Shown here: positions 26,778 through 37,900 of the stretch, in pieces
How positions within the stretch are numbered: position 1 is the stretch's first letter
Layout: each line of letters begins with the position of its first letter
Origin: Lama glama
Taxonomy: Eukaryota
Assembly (NCBI GenBank): GCA_028534125.1
Contig: CM052816.1
Span: 682,001 to 746,000 of the forward strand
Length of the DNA stretch: 64,000 bases
Reading direction: 5' to 3'
The notes under the pieces: generated by a model
Databases searched by the model: none
The model's input: only the letters and a program-made list of their open reading frames with translations
What the model was told of the DNA's origin: nothing
Made by a program: the position numbers and the translations under genes

Positions 26778-26905
26778 GTTCCAGCACCCCTCCATCGGCC
26801 AGTTCCATCACCCCCCCCCCATCGGTCAGTTCCAGCACCCCTCCATCAGCCAGTTTCGTCACCCCCTCATCGGCCAGTTCCAGCACCCCTCCATCGGCCA
26901 GTTCC
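26778..26905. repeat. 24-bp minisatellite, about 5 copies
   Basis: Unit 'gttccagcacccctccatcggcca' at 26778, 26802 (27 bp), 26829, 26853 and 26877. Confidence 0.92.
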
Positions 26906-28037
26906 GGCTGCCCACCTGGGGGCTGGGCTGCAGCCTGCGCGGCCGCACCGCGCACCGGGGCTGTCTGCAGGGAAGGGTGTGTCTGTACCTGCACTGGCCC
27001 ACACGGCGGCCACCTGTGCGGCGTGGCTGGTGACTGAGAAACAGAATGTTTCCTTTTCATTCCTCCAATGAATCTGAATGTAAGTGGCCATCTGTGGCTC
27101 ATGGCTAGCGTTTATAGGATAAATGAGCTAACGATGAGGGAGGCCGGGTTCCCCTTCCGCACTGCTTTGATACAGGGGCAAGTGGACATTCTGGGAGGTC
27201 TGATTCAGGATCCTGATAAATACAAATGAATCTTAGCTATGAGTCGATTTGCAGGTGCAGAGAGATTGAAGGCTCGCCGGTCAGCGGTGTGCGCGGGCCT
27301 CTAATTTCAGCCCTGCGGGTTGAGTGTATCCAGGCCCCAGGGCTTTGGGAGTCACGGAGACCGTGTGGAGTCGAGCTTAGGGGCCTGGACCAAACCCAAC
27401 TGTAACACCTCCTAGGAGTGCGACCCTGACTTTGAATGCTTCACTTAACCTTTCTGAGGCTTGATTTCCCCTTGAAATGAGGGTGATGCTCATAATAGTG
27501 CCTGCCTGCTGGGAGGGAGGAATTACAGGAATCAATGCACCTTAGTGCTAGGAACAGAATAGATGTCTGCCTGTTGGAGTGATGATGGCAGAGACAGAGC
27601 CTCGAAGTGTGAATGTGGCAAGATACCAACCACAGGATGGACATCACGCTCTGGGAGGGGAGAGCCAGCTTTCTTCCTGGACCCCCATCCTCAGTGGGTC
27701 CGCCTGCCCATTTCCTTCCCACAGCGGCTCTGTAGGAAGGCCCCCGGCTGTGTTTCCTGTCTCTGTGTAGATCCTTCTGCAGGTGTCTAGGATTGGGGAA
27801 ATCCGGACTGTTGTAGGTCTACGGGCAGGGTGGACCCTGCATCGTGGCTCTGTGCCCCCCGCTGAGGATGCTGACTCTTTCTGTGACAAGGATGAAGCTG
27901 TGCACGTGTGATTGCAACCCTAGGGAATGTCACTCCCCAGTAGCCTCGGAACCCCCAGACTTCCTTCTTTATGTCTCTTCAGGCTTCAGGCTCTGCGGCC
28001 ACAGTCCTCGTCCTCGGAAGACGTCAGGTCCGGCACC

Positions 28038-28092
28038 ATGAAGGGCTTCCTCGTTGCGGGTATCACCGCACTGCTCACGGTTGCAGCTGTAG
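28038..28092 (+). CDS. LYPD8: LYPD8 coding exon 1 (signal peptide MKGFLVAGITALLTVAAV)
   Basis: Kozak 'gcaccATGa'; near-identical to the recalled human N-terminus MKGILVAGITAVLVAAV; phase-1 donor G|GTGAG. Confidence 0.92.
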
Positions 28093-28480
28093 GTGAGGGA
28101 AACCACGCGGCCCCCTCTTGGGATGAAAACCCCTTGTCTTTCCTCCTGGTCCTCTGGGACCCTCTCATGTGACTTCTCATGTCAAGGTGTGGTCAGCGCG
28201 GAACATTCTCACTCCGTGCGCGCTGCTCCTGGTCGCACCACTCTGTGCTGTGGGTCAAGGCTGGGTCTTCCCATTGGGGAATGACGGATGCGGGGAGAAA
28301 CTTAACGGGGGTGGCTCCATCTCACAGCCTGAAGTTTGGCGGTGGGAGGGGGGGAGCCCAGAGGGGAGGGATACCATCTGAGTTGCTTTTTGACCCTGAA
28401 GTTACTGCAATGCTTTGTCCAAAGTATACTCTGTAAATGTCTCCTGAATGTTGACGGTGCCAGACACCTTGTGTCCCCAG

Positions 28481-28600
28481 AATCCCTGAAATGTCTGCAG
28501 TGTAATTCATGGGGAAACTCCTGTGTCAATGCAAATGCCACTGAATGTCCTGCAAATGTCAGCACCAGCTGTACCTCCTTCTTGACCATCGCTGCTGTAG
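28481..28600 (+). CDS. LYPD8: LYPD8 coding exon 2 (ESLKCLQCNSWGNSCVNANATECPANVSTSCTSFLTIAAV)
   Basis: ccccag| acceptor, |gtgag donor, 120 nt, Ly6/uPAR cysteine pattern. Confidence 0.93.
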
Positions 28601-29288
28601 GTGAGCCGAGGGGCGACCATCATTCCCATTTCTGACACTTGCGGAGGGCAGGAACTGGGGAGTTGGGCCAGGAAAGGAAGGCTGAGGGCAAGGCTGAGCT
28701 GCGCAAGCAGGGAGGGGGGCCACGAAGTCACCTCCCAGGAGAAGCAACAAACCGGGGTCAGACGGTAACACAGTGGCAGAGCCAAGCGAGCAGACAAGCC
28801 CTGTGGCTCCTTGGAGTTGCTGTCGCCAACTGGGACCTCATTCTAGACCAGCCTTCCTTCTTCTCGCTGTTCCTTTCTACCCCAGATCCAACATACTCTC
28901 TCTCAGGCTTTCTTTCAGGGTGTTCCGCTGGCATGATCGTTACCTCTCTCTCAGCACACTTTGATTTATTTTTAACTTTTTATTATGGACATTTCACACA
29001 TATACAAAAGCAGGAAGAAGCTATGATGAACTGCCACGTAACCATCATCCTGTGTCAACAACAAACATTTAGCTGTTTTTTTTTCCCCGTAGTATATTAA
29101 AGCAAACCTAGATAACATGTTACTTCCCCTATGAACAATTCACTACTCATCTCTGATAAGGACTTTTTCTTTCTTTCTTTTTTCTTTTTATGTAACTACC
29201 ACACCACTATCACACCTAAGAAGATCAGCTGCAATCCTTTAATTTCTTCTAATACTCACGCCACCTTAAAGATGTTCCAAATGTTTCA

Positions 29289-29454
29289 GAGGGGAGGGTA
29301 TAGCTCAAGTGATAGAGCGCATGCTTAGCATGAACAAGGTCCTGGGTTCAATCCCCAGGACCTCCTCTAAAAATAAATAAATTAATGAACCTAATTACCC
29401 CCCACCAAAACAAAAACATTAAAAAAAAAAAGGAAAACAAACAAACAAACAAAA
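29289..29454 (+). mobile_element. tRNA-derived camelid-type SINE with 17-bp TSD
   Basis: 'ggggagggtatagctcaagtgatagagcgcatgcttagcatg...gggttcaatcccc'; TSD 'atgttccaaatgtttca' at 29272-29288 and 29455-29471. Confidence 0.9.
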
Positions 29455-30282
29455 ATGTTCCAAATGTTTCAAAGATGTGTTATATATAGACGATGCGTTG
29501 GAATTTGGATCCAAACGAAGTCCTCACATTGCATTTTGCTGTTAGGTCCACTGTGTCTAATTCGTTGAATGATAGCTAACATCACTTTTTTTTTTTTTTT
29601 TTTTTGCTCAATCCCATTGATTTGTTGGAGAAATAAGGCCATTTGTCCTGTAACTGTCTCACAGTCCAGCTTTGCTCCCTTGTGGTGTCATTTCTCTTGT
29701 TCTTCTATTTCTGGTATTTCTTGTAAACAGCATCCACGCTGCCAGTAGAACATTCCTCAGGGGTGGAAATGTCTGTATCAGTGATGGCCTGTCCTGTAGC
29801 CACATGTAGCTATCAATCAATTGAAATATGGTTAGTGTGACTGAGGAGCTGAATTTTAAACAGCATCACAGGTAGCTAGTGGCTACCGTATTGGCTAGCT
29901 CTGGTCTAGAAGCTTGACTAGCTTCAAGTTCAACATTGTGCTGCACACTGGCCCATCCCATCTGCTTGGCTATATTTAGAGATTCTAAGACTGATCATGG
30001 GCTCTGGGGTATCAGTCTGAACCACCCATTTCTAGGCTCCCCAACTGCCTTCCACCTGGAATTTAATCTGCATCTCTGATAACACCCTGATAATACTACC
30101 TCATGGGGAAGGATTTTTTTTTTTTTTTACAGAAAACTCTCTCCAGTGTCCCCCGTCCCCCAAATCGCATTGGGCTGGGGGGGTGTTTTCCGCCCTTGGC
30201 TGAAGCAGTCACCCTTCAGGGTCTCTGCCCTCCCTGAACTCTGTGCACCCAGGCCTGACGATCTGTGTTTGTCTTTGTGCAG

Positions 30283-30441
30283 AAGGAAACTTCATATTTT
30301 ACCAGAATTCGGCCTGCTCTGCACACAACTGCAGTGGGATGGAGGCTTACAGTTTCAGTGTCCACACGGCTAACGAAAACTTTGTATTTGTAAGCCAGTG
30401 CTGCCAAGGAGGCCCGTGCGGTAACGTCACTGTCACTGCAG
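30283..30441 (+). CDS. LYPD8: LYPD8 coding exon 3 (EGNFIFYQNSACSAHNCSG...FVSQCCQGGPCGNVTVTA)
   Basis: ttgtgcag| acceptor, |gtgggt donor, 159 nt, CCxxxxC motif. Confidence 0.92.
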
Positions 30442-30691
30442 GTGGGTGCTGGCCGTGCGCGCCCCTTTCTCTGTCCTCCCAGCTCCGTCCCTTCCTTCAC
30501 CACCTGTGTTCTCACAGGATATCTTAAGTCAAGGTGCGTCAGTGCATATTTGAGCAGCATTAGCAGCTGACATACAAGAATTCCTTAAGACACAAGTGAG
30601 GAAAACCAGCATTACTACCGTGCTTTCCCCTTTCTCAGTAAAGACAGAAATCACAGTGCTCCAAGGTGTGTGCAAAGGATTAGATGCTCAT

Positions 30692-31222
30692 TTGTAATCT
30701 CAACCCCTTGTGGTCTCAGGCCCTCTTCTAAGACTCTTAAGTCTTAAAAATTTTTGAGGATCCCAAATAACTTGTGTTTAGTGGATTATATCTATCAATA
30801 TTTACTCTATTAAAAATCAAGGCTAAGAAATTTAGAAATCTCTATTAGTTCACTAAAAATAATAAAACCCATTACATGTTAACATTAATAACATTTTTTT
30901 TACACAGAAATAACTATTTTCCAAAACAAAAAAATAATTTAATGAGGAGAGTGGCATTGCTATATGTTTCCTCAAAGCTCTTTCATTTCTGGTTTAATGG
31001 AGTAGAGCTGGATTCTCAGATTTGCTTGTTCATTTAGTTCGTTGCAGTCTCACATGTCATTTGGCTCCTGGAAAACTTCATTGTATTTTCATGAGAGAAA
31101 GAAAGTAAAAGGGGCAAAGAGTATCTTAATATTACCATGAAAATGATTTTGACCTAGTAGACTCCCTGCAAGGGTCTCAGGGTTCCCCACGGGTTCCTGG
31201 ACCCCAGTTTGAGAACTGCTGG
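30692..31222 (+). mobile_element. MER119-like hAT-Charlie DNA transposon
   Basis: 'tggtctcagg...cttaaaaatttttgaggatcccaaa...tatatctatcaatatttac' and end 'tttgagaactgctg' resemble the recalled consensus. Confidence 0.6.
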
Positions 31223-31756
31223 TCAAGACCGACGCCTTCTTTGTGAAGAAGAGAAAATGTGGCCATAGTCACAGAGTTCATTATTAGCAGAGCTGGGTCT
31301 CTGTATAATTCCCGCCCACCCCCCTCCCCAGTCACAGTCTTAAATAATGGCCTGTGTCCTTCTGTTCAGAGCAAGATTGAATGACAGTTGTACACCTGTT
31401 GGCAAGTGTTCAGAATAGCTGACTAATTCTGACATTGGCTACAGGTTGTTTTTAGCTCAAAATCTCACCTTTCCTGTCCCCATCCCACCACACTCACTGA
31501 CCACAGTTCTTGAAGACTGACTGGTGTGTAAAGGTAGGTGTATGAGGTTGTGTCTTGTCAATATTTTGATGGGATGTGGGGGTGAGGTGGCTGGTGTTTT
31601 TAAGGCAGGATCTGAGATTCCTGAGCACGCAATTGCTCCGTTCCTCGGGTCTCTGACTAGTGTGTCTGCCTATTCCCTTCCAGCCCTTCCCCTCTGGGCG
31701 GTACCAGGATCTCTGTCATAACACACTTCTGAGTTAATGACTCTTCTTCCACCCAG

Positions 31757-31891
31757 CTCCTCCACTGGTGAACGCGTCCAGCAACATAGAATGCCCTGCA
31801 TGTTTTGAATTTAATAGAGCTTCCTGTGATGGGAAACCCCTGAGATGTAATAACAGAGAAATGTGTGTCAATCTAGTCGCTGGATGGAATG
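31757..31891 (+). CDS. LYPD8: LYPD8 coding exon 4 (APPLVNASSNIECPACFEFNRASCDGKPLRCNNREMCVNLVAGWN)
   Basis: acccag| acceptor, |gtatgt donor, 135 nt, second LU-like domain with ECPAC. Confidence 0.93.
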
Positions 31892-34594
31892 GTATGTTTC
31901 AGCGTTCCAATTCCTTTTCATGGGACTTGAGTCATAAATTCTGGGTTAACATAGAAGGACTGGGGAAGGTTAGTAGGATGAAGGGATAAAGTCAGATTCC
32001 TTTGAGATAGTGAGGCTGTTAATGTAGCCTTGAGCTGATAGCTGTTTCTGTCTCTTCAGCCTAGAGCCATCCCTCCTGGGCTGTCCCTCTCTTGAACGCT
32101 GTTCACTGTGGCTTCTAAGCAAGCCAGTCCCGTTTTAGGCATCAGGTCACTCTTGGCATTTACTTATTTACGGGTTGAGCCATTTTGTAGATGTGGGTGC
32201 ATCTAACTTGGTTCCTTTTATATGTACACTTTCATTCTCGACCTGTCACTGAGAGGTGTTGGTTTAGGACAGCTTGGGTCACCTGGAAGGAAGAGTCACA
32301 CTGAGCTTTGATATCCAACCAGTTGATCTTTTCTATGAAAGTAATTTGATATTAACCAATGTGAGACACAAAGTAACCATCGTACAATACAAAACTAATA
32401 CATGTAATTCTTTAAATATTCAGACAAGTGTTATTCATGCCTGAATACTTAAAGAATAATACATTTATTAATCAGAGTAAATTAATTACTGTGAAAGGGC
32501 AATCTTCAAACCCTATGGCTCAATACAGCAGACGTTTATTTTGCTGTTCGTGCAACAGTTCATTGCAGAGTCCAGGACCTTCCTTCCATCCTGAGGCTTT
32601 GGCCCCTTCCCACCCACGACTTGGCAGCTCTCTGCTGTATTCTTAGCATCTCGCTAGCAGATGGGGGAAGAAAGGGCATGGAGGAAGGCAGGAAGGCTTT
32701 TCCAGGCAGGGCTTACAAGTGAATGCATCGTTCCCACGTTCCACTGGCTGGACCCCAGACTATACAGGAACTGAAGGTGGACATGTAACCCAGTGGTAGC
32801 CCAGCAGGAAAGGAAGAGGCGTGAAGCTAAAACGAACAGCCAGCTAGTCTTTGCCACAAATGTGGCTCCGAAGGATAAGGGTTTAAGAGCACCAACACCC
32901 AGGGACAATTTGATTCCAACTTTAAAATGGCAATTACAGTATCGGAAACCAATGCTTAATTGTAGTTGGAGATTTCTTAGTGGGGCCAAAGATCATCCTT
33001 ACCCTGAACTTCCCTTGACTTTTTTTTTTTAAATAGACTTTATTTTTTAGAGCAGTTTTAGATTCACAGGAAAATGTAGAGAAAGGTAGAGAGATTTCCC
33101 CTTCACCCCTTGCCCCCACACATACACAGCCTCTCCGACTATCACCATACCCCACCAAAAAGGTACATTTGTTATCATCCATGAGTCTGTGTTGGCACGT
33201 TGTTATCATCCAGAGTCCGTTAGGGCTCACTGTTTGTGATGTACATCCTATGGGTGTTGGCAAATACAGAATGATACGAATCTACTGTTATGGTATCAGA
33301 GAGAGTAGTTTTACTGCCCTAAAATCTTCTGTGCTCTGTCAAATCATCCCTAACCACTGGCAACCTCTGCTTTTTTTTTTTTTTTCTTTCAAAACCCTGT
33401 CCAGAGTTTTGCCTTTATCAGAATGTCACATAACTGGAGTCATATAGTATGTAGCCTCTTCAGATGGACTCATTTCTCTTAGGATATGCATTTAAGGGTC
33501 TTTTTACTCTAAAAATCTCTGGGCTGTCTATGCAGCTCTGGTGTTTCATCCTAAAGCTGTGTCTGAGGGCAACCACGGAATCAGAAGGACTTGCTCTTCC
33601 TGTTCACCGCGTTCGCAGGTGTCTGCGAAGTCCCAGGCTTTGGCTTAGTCTGGAAGCTGGACCGATCAAAGCTACCAGAAATGTGGGATTTTGTTTTTGT
33701 TTTTGACTTAAAAAAAATACTGTAGACATGTGCCAAGCAACACACCTTCCTAACCCACTCTAATTCAGCCTCCAGCACTGATATTTACTCTAAAGCAACA
33801 GTGGATTGCTTTTGTTTTTACTGGGATTTGGAAGTTTCTCCTTCTCAGAGCAAGTATGGAGTCAGCCTTGAACTCAAATTACAGCCCCGCCTCTGGCACA
33901 TAGCCGGTCAGCTCCTCAGGCCCCTTCCTCCAGGGCTGTTTGATTTGCGGCCTTCAGTAGATACATAGTAGGGACTCAATAAAAGGTAGCTGCAATCACA
34001 ACTGTATCTTCTTTGCAAATTCCCTTGGTCTTTTCGTAGGACCTGCACCTTAAAACGGGGTTAAACGGAACATAACATGTTTTTAGAGTAAAAACACAGT
34101 GGTCTCTCTGTATCCCCTCTGGCTGTTATGCCCTCTTCTCAGGGAAAACTCAGGCAGGGAGAACTCAGATACAGGGAGGAGTAAGGATGGAAAACAGAGC
34201 CTAGAGGAAGGGAGCCCAGGAGAAGTCTAAATGGCTGACTCCCTCCTGGACTGAGAGCAGAAGACTATGGGTGGTCTGAGCCTGTCCCTAGATTTCACCA
34301 CCTGCCAACTGCTCAGGAAAACACTGGAGATTTGAGTTCCAGGTCCAGCTCTGGCTCTCACCTGTGACCTCAGGCTCACACCCACCTCCGGAGCCCCCGT
34401 TTCCTGTGGGACTAGGGAGGGGAGGGGATCTCCATGGCATTACCATTTGGTGTTCATAGTCCTGGGCCCCTTCTCCAAGCTTCTGTGTCAGGAGCAGACC
34501 CATTTCAGCTCTTGCAGGTCACTGAGAAGACCGGGGAGTTGGAGGGGTGGACAAAGGGGTTGTGATGTCCTTACTGTCTCTTTTGCATTCACAG

Positions 34595-34848
34595 AGACGA
34601 GCAAATTAGTGCTGAAAGGCTGTTCCAACATCAACGACGCCACCTGTCACATCCTGTCTACTAAAAAGCCAAAGCTTGGAGAACTCACTTTGCAGAAGTT
34701 AGTGTGTGCGGACAAATCCACCACTGCCTCAACGACCAAAAACCCAAAGACCATTGCCCCTCACCGTCCCACCAGTGGCACCGGCTCTAAAGTCTTCTTC
34801 ACCCCCGTGGCCCTTGCCAGCCTTCTCCTGCTGGGGCTGCTGCTCTGA
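34595..34848 (+). CDS. LYPD8: LYPD8 last coding exon (ETSKLVLKGCSN...S/T-rich stalk, GPI signal VALASLLLLGLLL*)
   Basis: ttcacag| acceptor, LVLKGCSN motif, hydrophobic C-terminus. The five exons total 723 nt (240 aa plus stop) in one frame. Confidence 0.93.
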
Positions 34849-34951
34849 GATCAGCGCCTCTCCAACCCTCCCCTCCCCTGTTTGACTGCTCAGTGAACAG
34901 CAGTCACAGCCTTCCAGGTCATGCCCTGTGGTAGCCACATCATTCTTTATT

Positions 34952-34957
34952 ATTAAA
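34952..34957 (+). terminator. LYPD8: LYPD8 polyadenylation signal (ATTAAA)
   Basis: ATTAAA about 100 nt after the stop codon. Confidence 0.65.
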
Positions 34958-37900
34958 ACATTGGTTCACTCGCTGCCCAAATCTGTCACGATACGTTCTG
35001 GGCTAGGCTTCCTTCAAGCTGCTATCCAGCACCACTTCTTAGTTCCTTGCCTTTGCAATCCTTGCAGCTTTGCGTGTGGGCTCCCAGGACCTCCTTGATC
35101 CCTGCCCAGTTTGCTTTTGAGAAGCATACTCTTCCTTCCACCTTGCTGGCATCTTTTACCTACCTCCTTGCACTTCTGGGGACTGACGTGCCACTGTCCC
35201 CATCCTCACACTCAGGAGGTGCCCCAGCTGCGCCTCGTGATGCTGTGTGTTGACCCTCAGCATCACTGTTTGACTCTTTAGCGGTCGTACTGGCTCTGGT
35301 CCACTGTGGCCCACAGTGACGTTGCTAGGGCCGTCACCACGGGACCCAAAGGAGGGTGCAGAGGGCTTGCTGAAGGCTGGCAGACTCTTCTGCTTAACCT
35401 CTCAGGCAGGGACATGATGCGGTCAGCACCTCGAAGACCAGGTGTCTCGTAGCCTTGTAGGAAATGGAACACGGCTGGAGAGTCCCAGCCCCTCCTCTCA
35501 GAGAACTTACAATCCAATGCAGATTCCTCGACTCCAGACCAGCTAACCAGGGAACGAGAAAACCATTCAATTCCATATGGCCAGAAGCCCAGGCTTAGTA
35601 AATAAAGGGGGGCCTTGAGCTGGACTCGGAAGAATGGGGTTTTCTGTAATAAAAACTTTTAAAGGTATAAACCGCTTTGAGTCTTTATTGCCTGGGCTCA
35701 CTGACAATGATTAAGAGCAGAACCGCCAGAAAGGCCATCTTGCAGAAACTCATCACCGCATTCGTTCTTATTTAAGGTTTTTAATTTTGAAATAATTCTA
35801 GACTTATCAAAAAGTTTCATAAGCAGTTCAGAGAGTGCCAGTACCCCCACACCCATCTTCCTCTTTTGTTCACATTTTACATAACGACACTGCAATTACT
35901 GAAGCCAGGAAATTAGTATTGAAACAATACTGTTGACTAATAGGTCTCATTCAGGTTTTTGCTAATGTCCTTTTTTTTCCTGGTCCAGGATCCAATCCTC
36001 TGCATTTGGTTGTTACGTCTCCTCAATCTTCCACAATCTGTGACAGTTCTGGAGTCTTTATTTTATTGGCTACTTGTTTTTGAGACATTTGAGCTTATCT
36101 GAAATTTTCTCACGATAAGATTTGAGGTTATGCATTTTCGGCAAGAATCCCACAGAAAGGAGGTGCCCTCCTCAGTGCATCTTATTGGGAGTTACGCGAT
36201 GTTGGTACATCTCATCAACTGGTGATGTTAACCTTGATCGCTTGGTTAAGGTGGATTTTCGGCCAGTTTTCTCCACTAGAAAGTCACTGCTTTTTCCTTT
36301 GCAATTAGTGATAGGCTAAGTTCTGCTGCTGTAACAGATAGACCTTAGCAAAAACAAAAAAAACACACACAAAAAAACTTAGGGGTTTAATACAAAGAAA
36401 GTTGATTTCTCAGTTACTTGAACCCAGGTAGATGTTTCTGACTGGGTAGCTGTCCTGGGCAGCTCCCCTCTGAGAGTGAGAAGGGGCCAGGCTCCTTCTA
36501 TCCCATGGTTCTCCTGTCCCCTGGGTTCTTGGGCTCTTAGTTAATTGTCCTGCATCCAGCTGGCTGACAAGGAGAGAGAGCCCGGAGGCCATGCAGCACG
36601 CTCTAAGGGGCGAGCCTCAGTGACATGGCCTAGGAGGAGGTGTTTATCCATATGCACCTTGCAGGATCTGCCTCACAGGCAGTATGGCTCAGTGGTCAGG
36701 GGCATGGCCTCTAGATCCAGAATCATGGCTTTAAATTCTAGCCCTGGAACCTTGGGCAATAGATGTCATCTCTCCGTGCCTCGGTTTCCCTCCTGTACTA
36801 CAGGGATAGTGATAATGCCTGCTGCATGGGGTTGTTAAGAGCTGCCAACATAGTTCTCCTTGGCAAAGAGTAAATACTAGCCATTAGCAGATGACTCCAG
36901 TTTGAAAGCACCCCCTCAACCCATGCTCTAGGGAGAGGGGGTGCCCACCAGAAAGAGGGATGTGGAAGGCACAGCCCTGGCCCACTTCCCTCAGACCATG
37001 CCAATCTCACTGAAATTATAGCTGTTTCTGTGTCCCAGGATCCCCTCTCCCTTTTCATCCCCTCCCCAGAATCTCCATGACCACTGCCACCATGACCACA
37101 CAGGCCACAGCAAAGCTTGTTAACATCTATCTTCACATGGCTGCTGACTCCAGGTCACCAGATCTGACCTGCTCTTGGGACCTCCTGGAAGTCACCCTGC
37201 TCAGGGCTGATGTGGGGAAGAAGTGGTCCTTTGGGGTAACTGCAGACAGGAGTGAAAATCAGGGTGCTGACAATTGGGAAGGCGACTGATGGTGAGCAGG
37301 GCCAGATGCCAGGAGGTTCCACATGTTGGAAGGATGCGGGCTTTAGGCTGAGGGCTGAAGACAGAGGGCCACGGCAGAGATATGTGCACAAGAAGGAACA
37401 CAGCGGGATTTCCGCTTTCTCTCCCAGACTGAAGGGTGCAGGTAGAAAGACAGTGGGAGAACAGTACAAGGAGGGAGTTTAAACGGAGAAGTAGTGGGGA
37501 TGGAGGCTCTCCATCATCCTGCTGTAACTGAGAGCAACTCACGCCGTAGAAATAAACTTCTATTTGCACTGCGGGCTCCTGCCTCCTCACCCAGAGCAGG
37601 GCAGAGGGCAATGCACCACTCCTGCTCAGTGTCTACGCTCCTTTCCTTGTCTGGCCACACTTTACTCCGGAGTCCTGCCCTCTGACCCGGATCTAGGGCC
37701 TCCTACCCCGATAAAGCTCTTGGCTGCCAGTTCTTCCTTAGTCTCAGCCTGAGCTCCGGGATAAGGCCTATGTCTGAGGAGCTCCAAAGAATTCTATACT
37801 CATGTTGTACAGCTGGACCAATGACAAATCACCGTCTTCCCACCGCACTCTACAGTTTGTAAAGCTGTTTTGCCCGGGTAATTTTATTTTCTTTAGAATC

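Noticed and set aside
26455..27102. Overlapping 128-215 aa ORFs with repeats such as ELADGGVL and QFQHPSIG
   Set aside because: Produced by the stop-free TG tract and 24-bp VNTR inside LYPD8 intron 1; no coding features.
29289..29365. tRNA genes at the SINE heads (also 13525, 59820 and 61527)
   Set aside because: Each has an AT-rich tail, three have evident TSDs, and they recur as a family, so they are SINEs.
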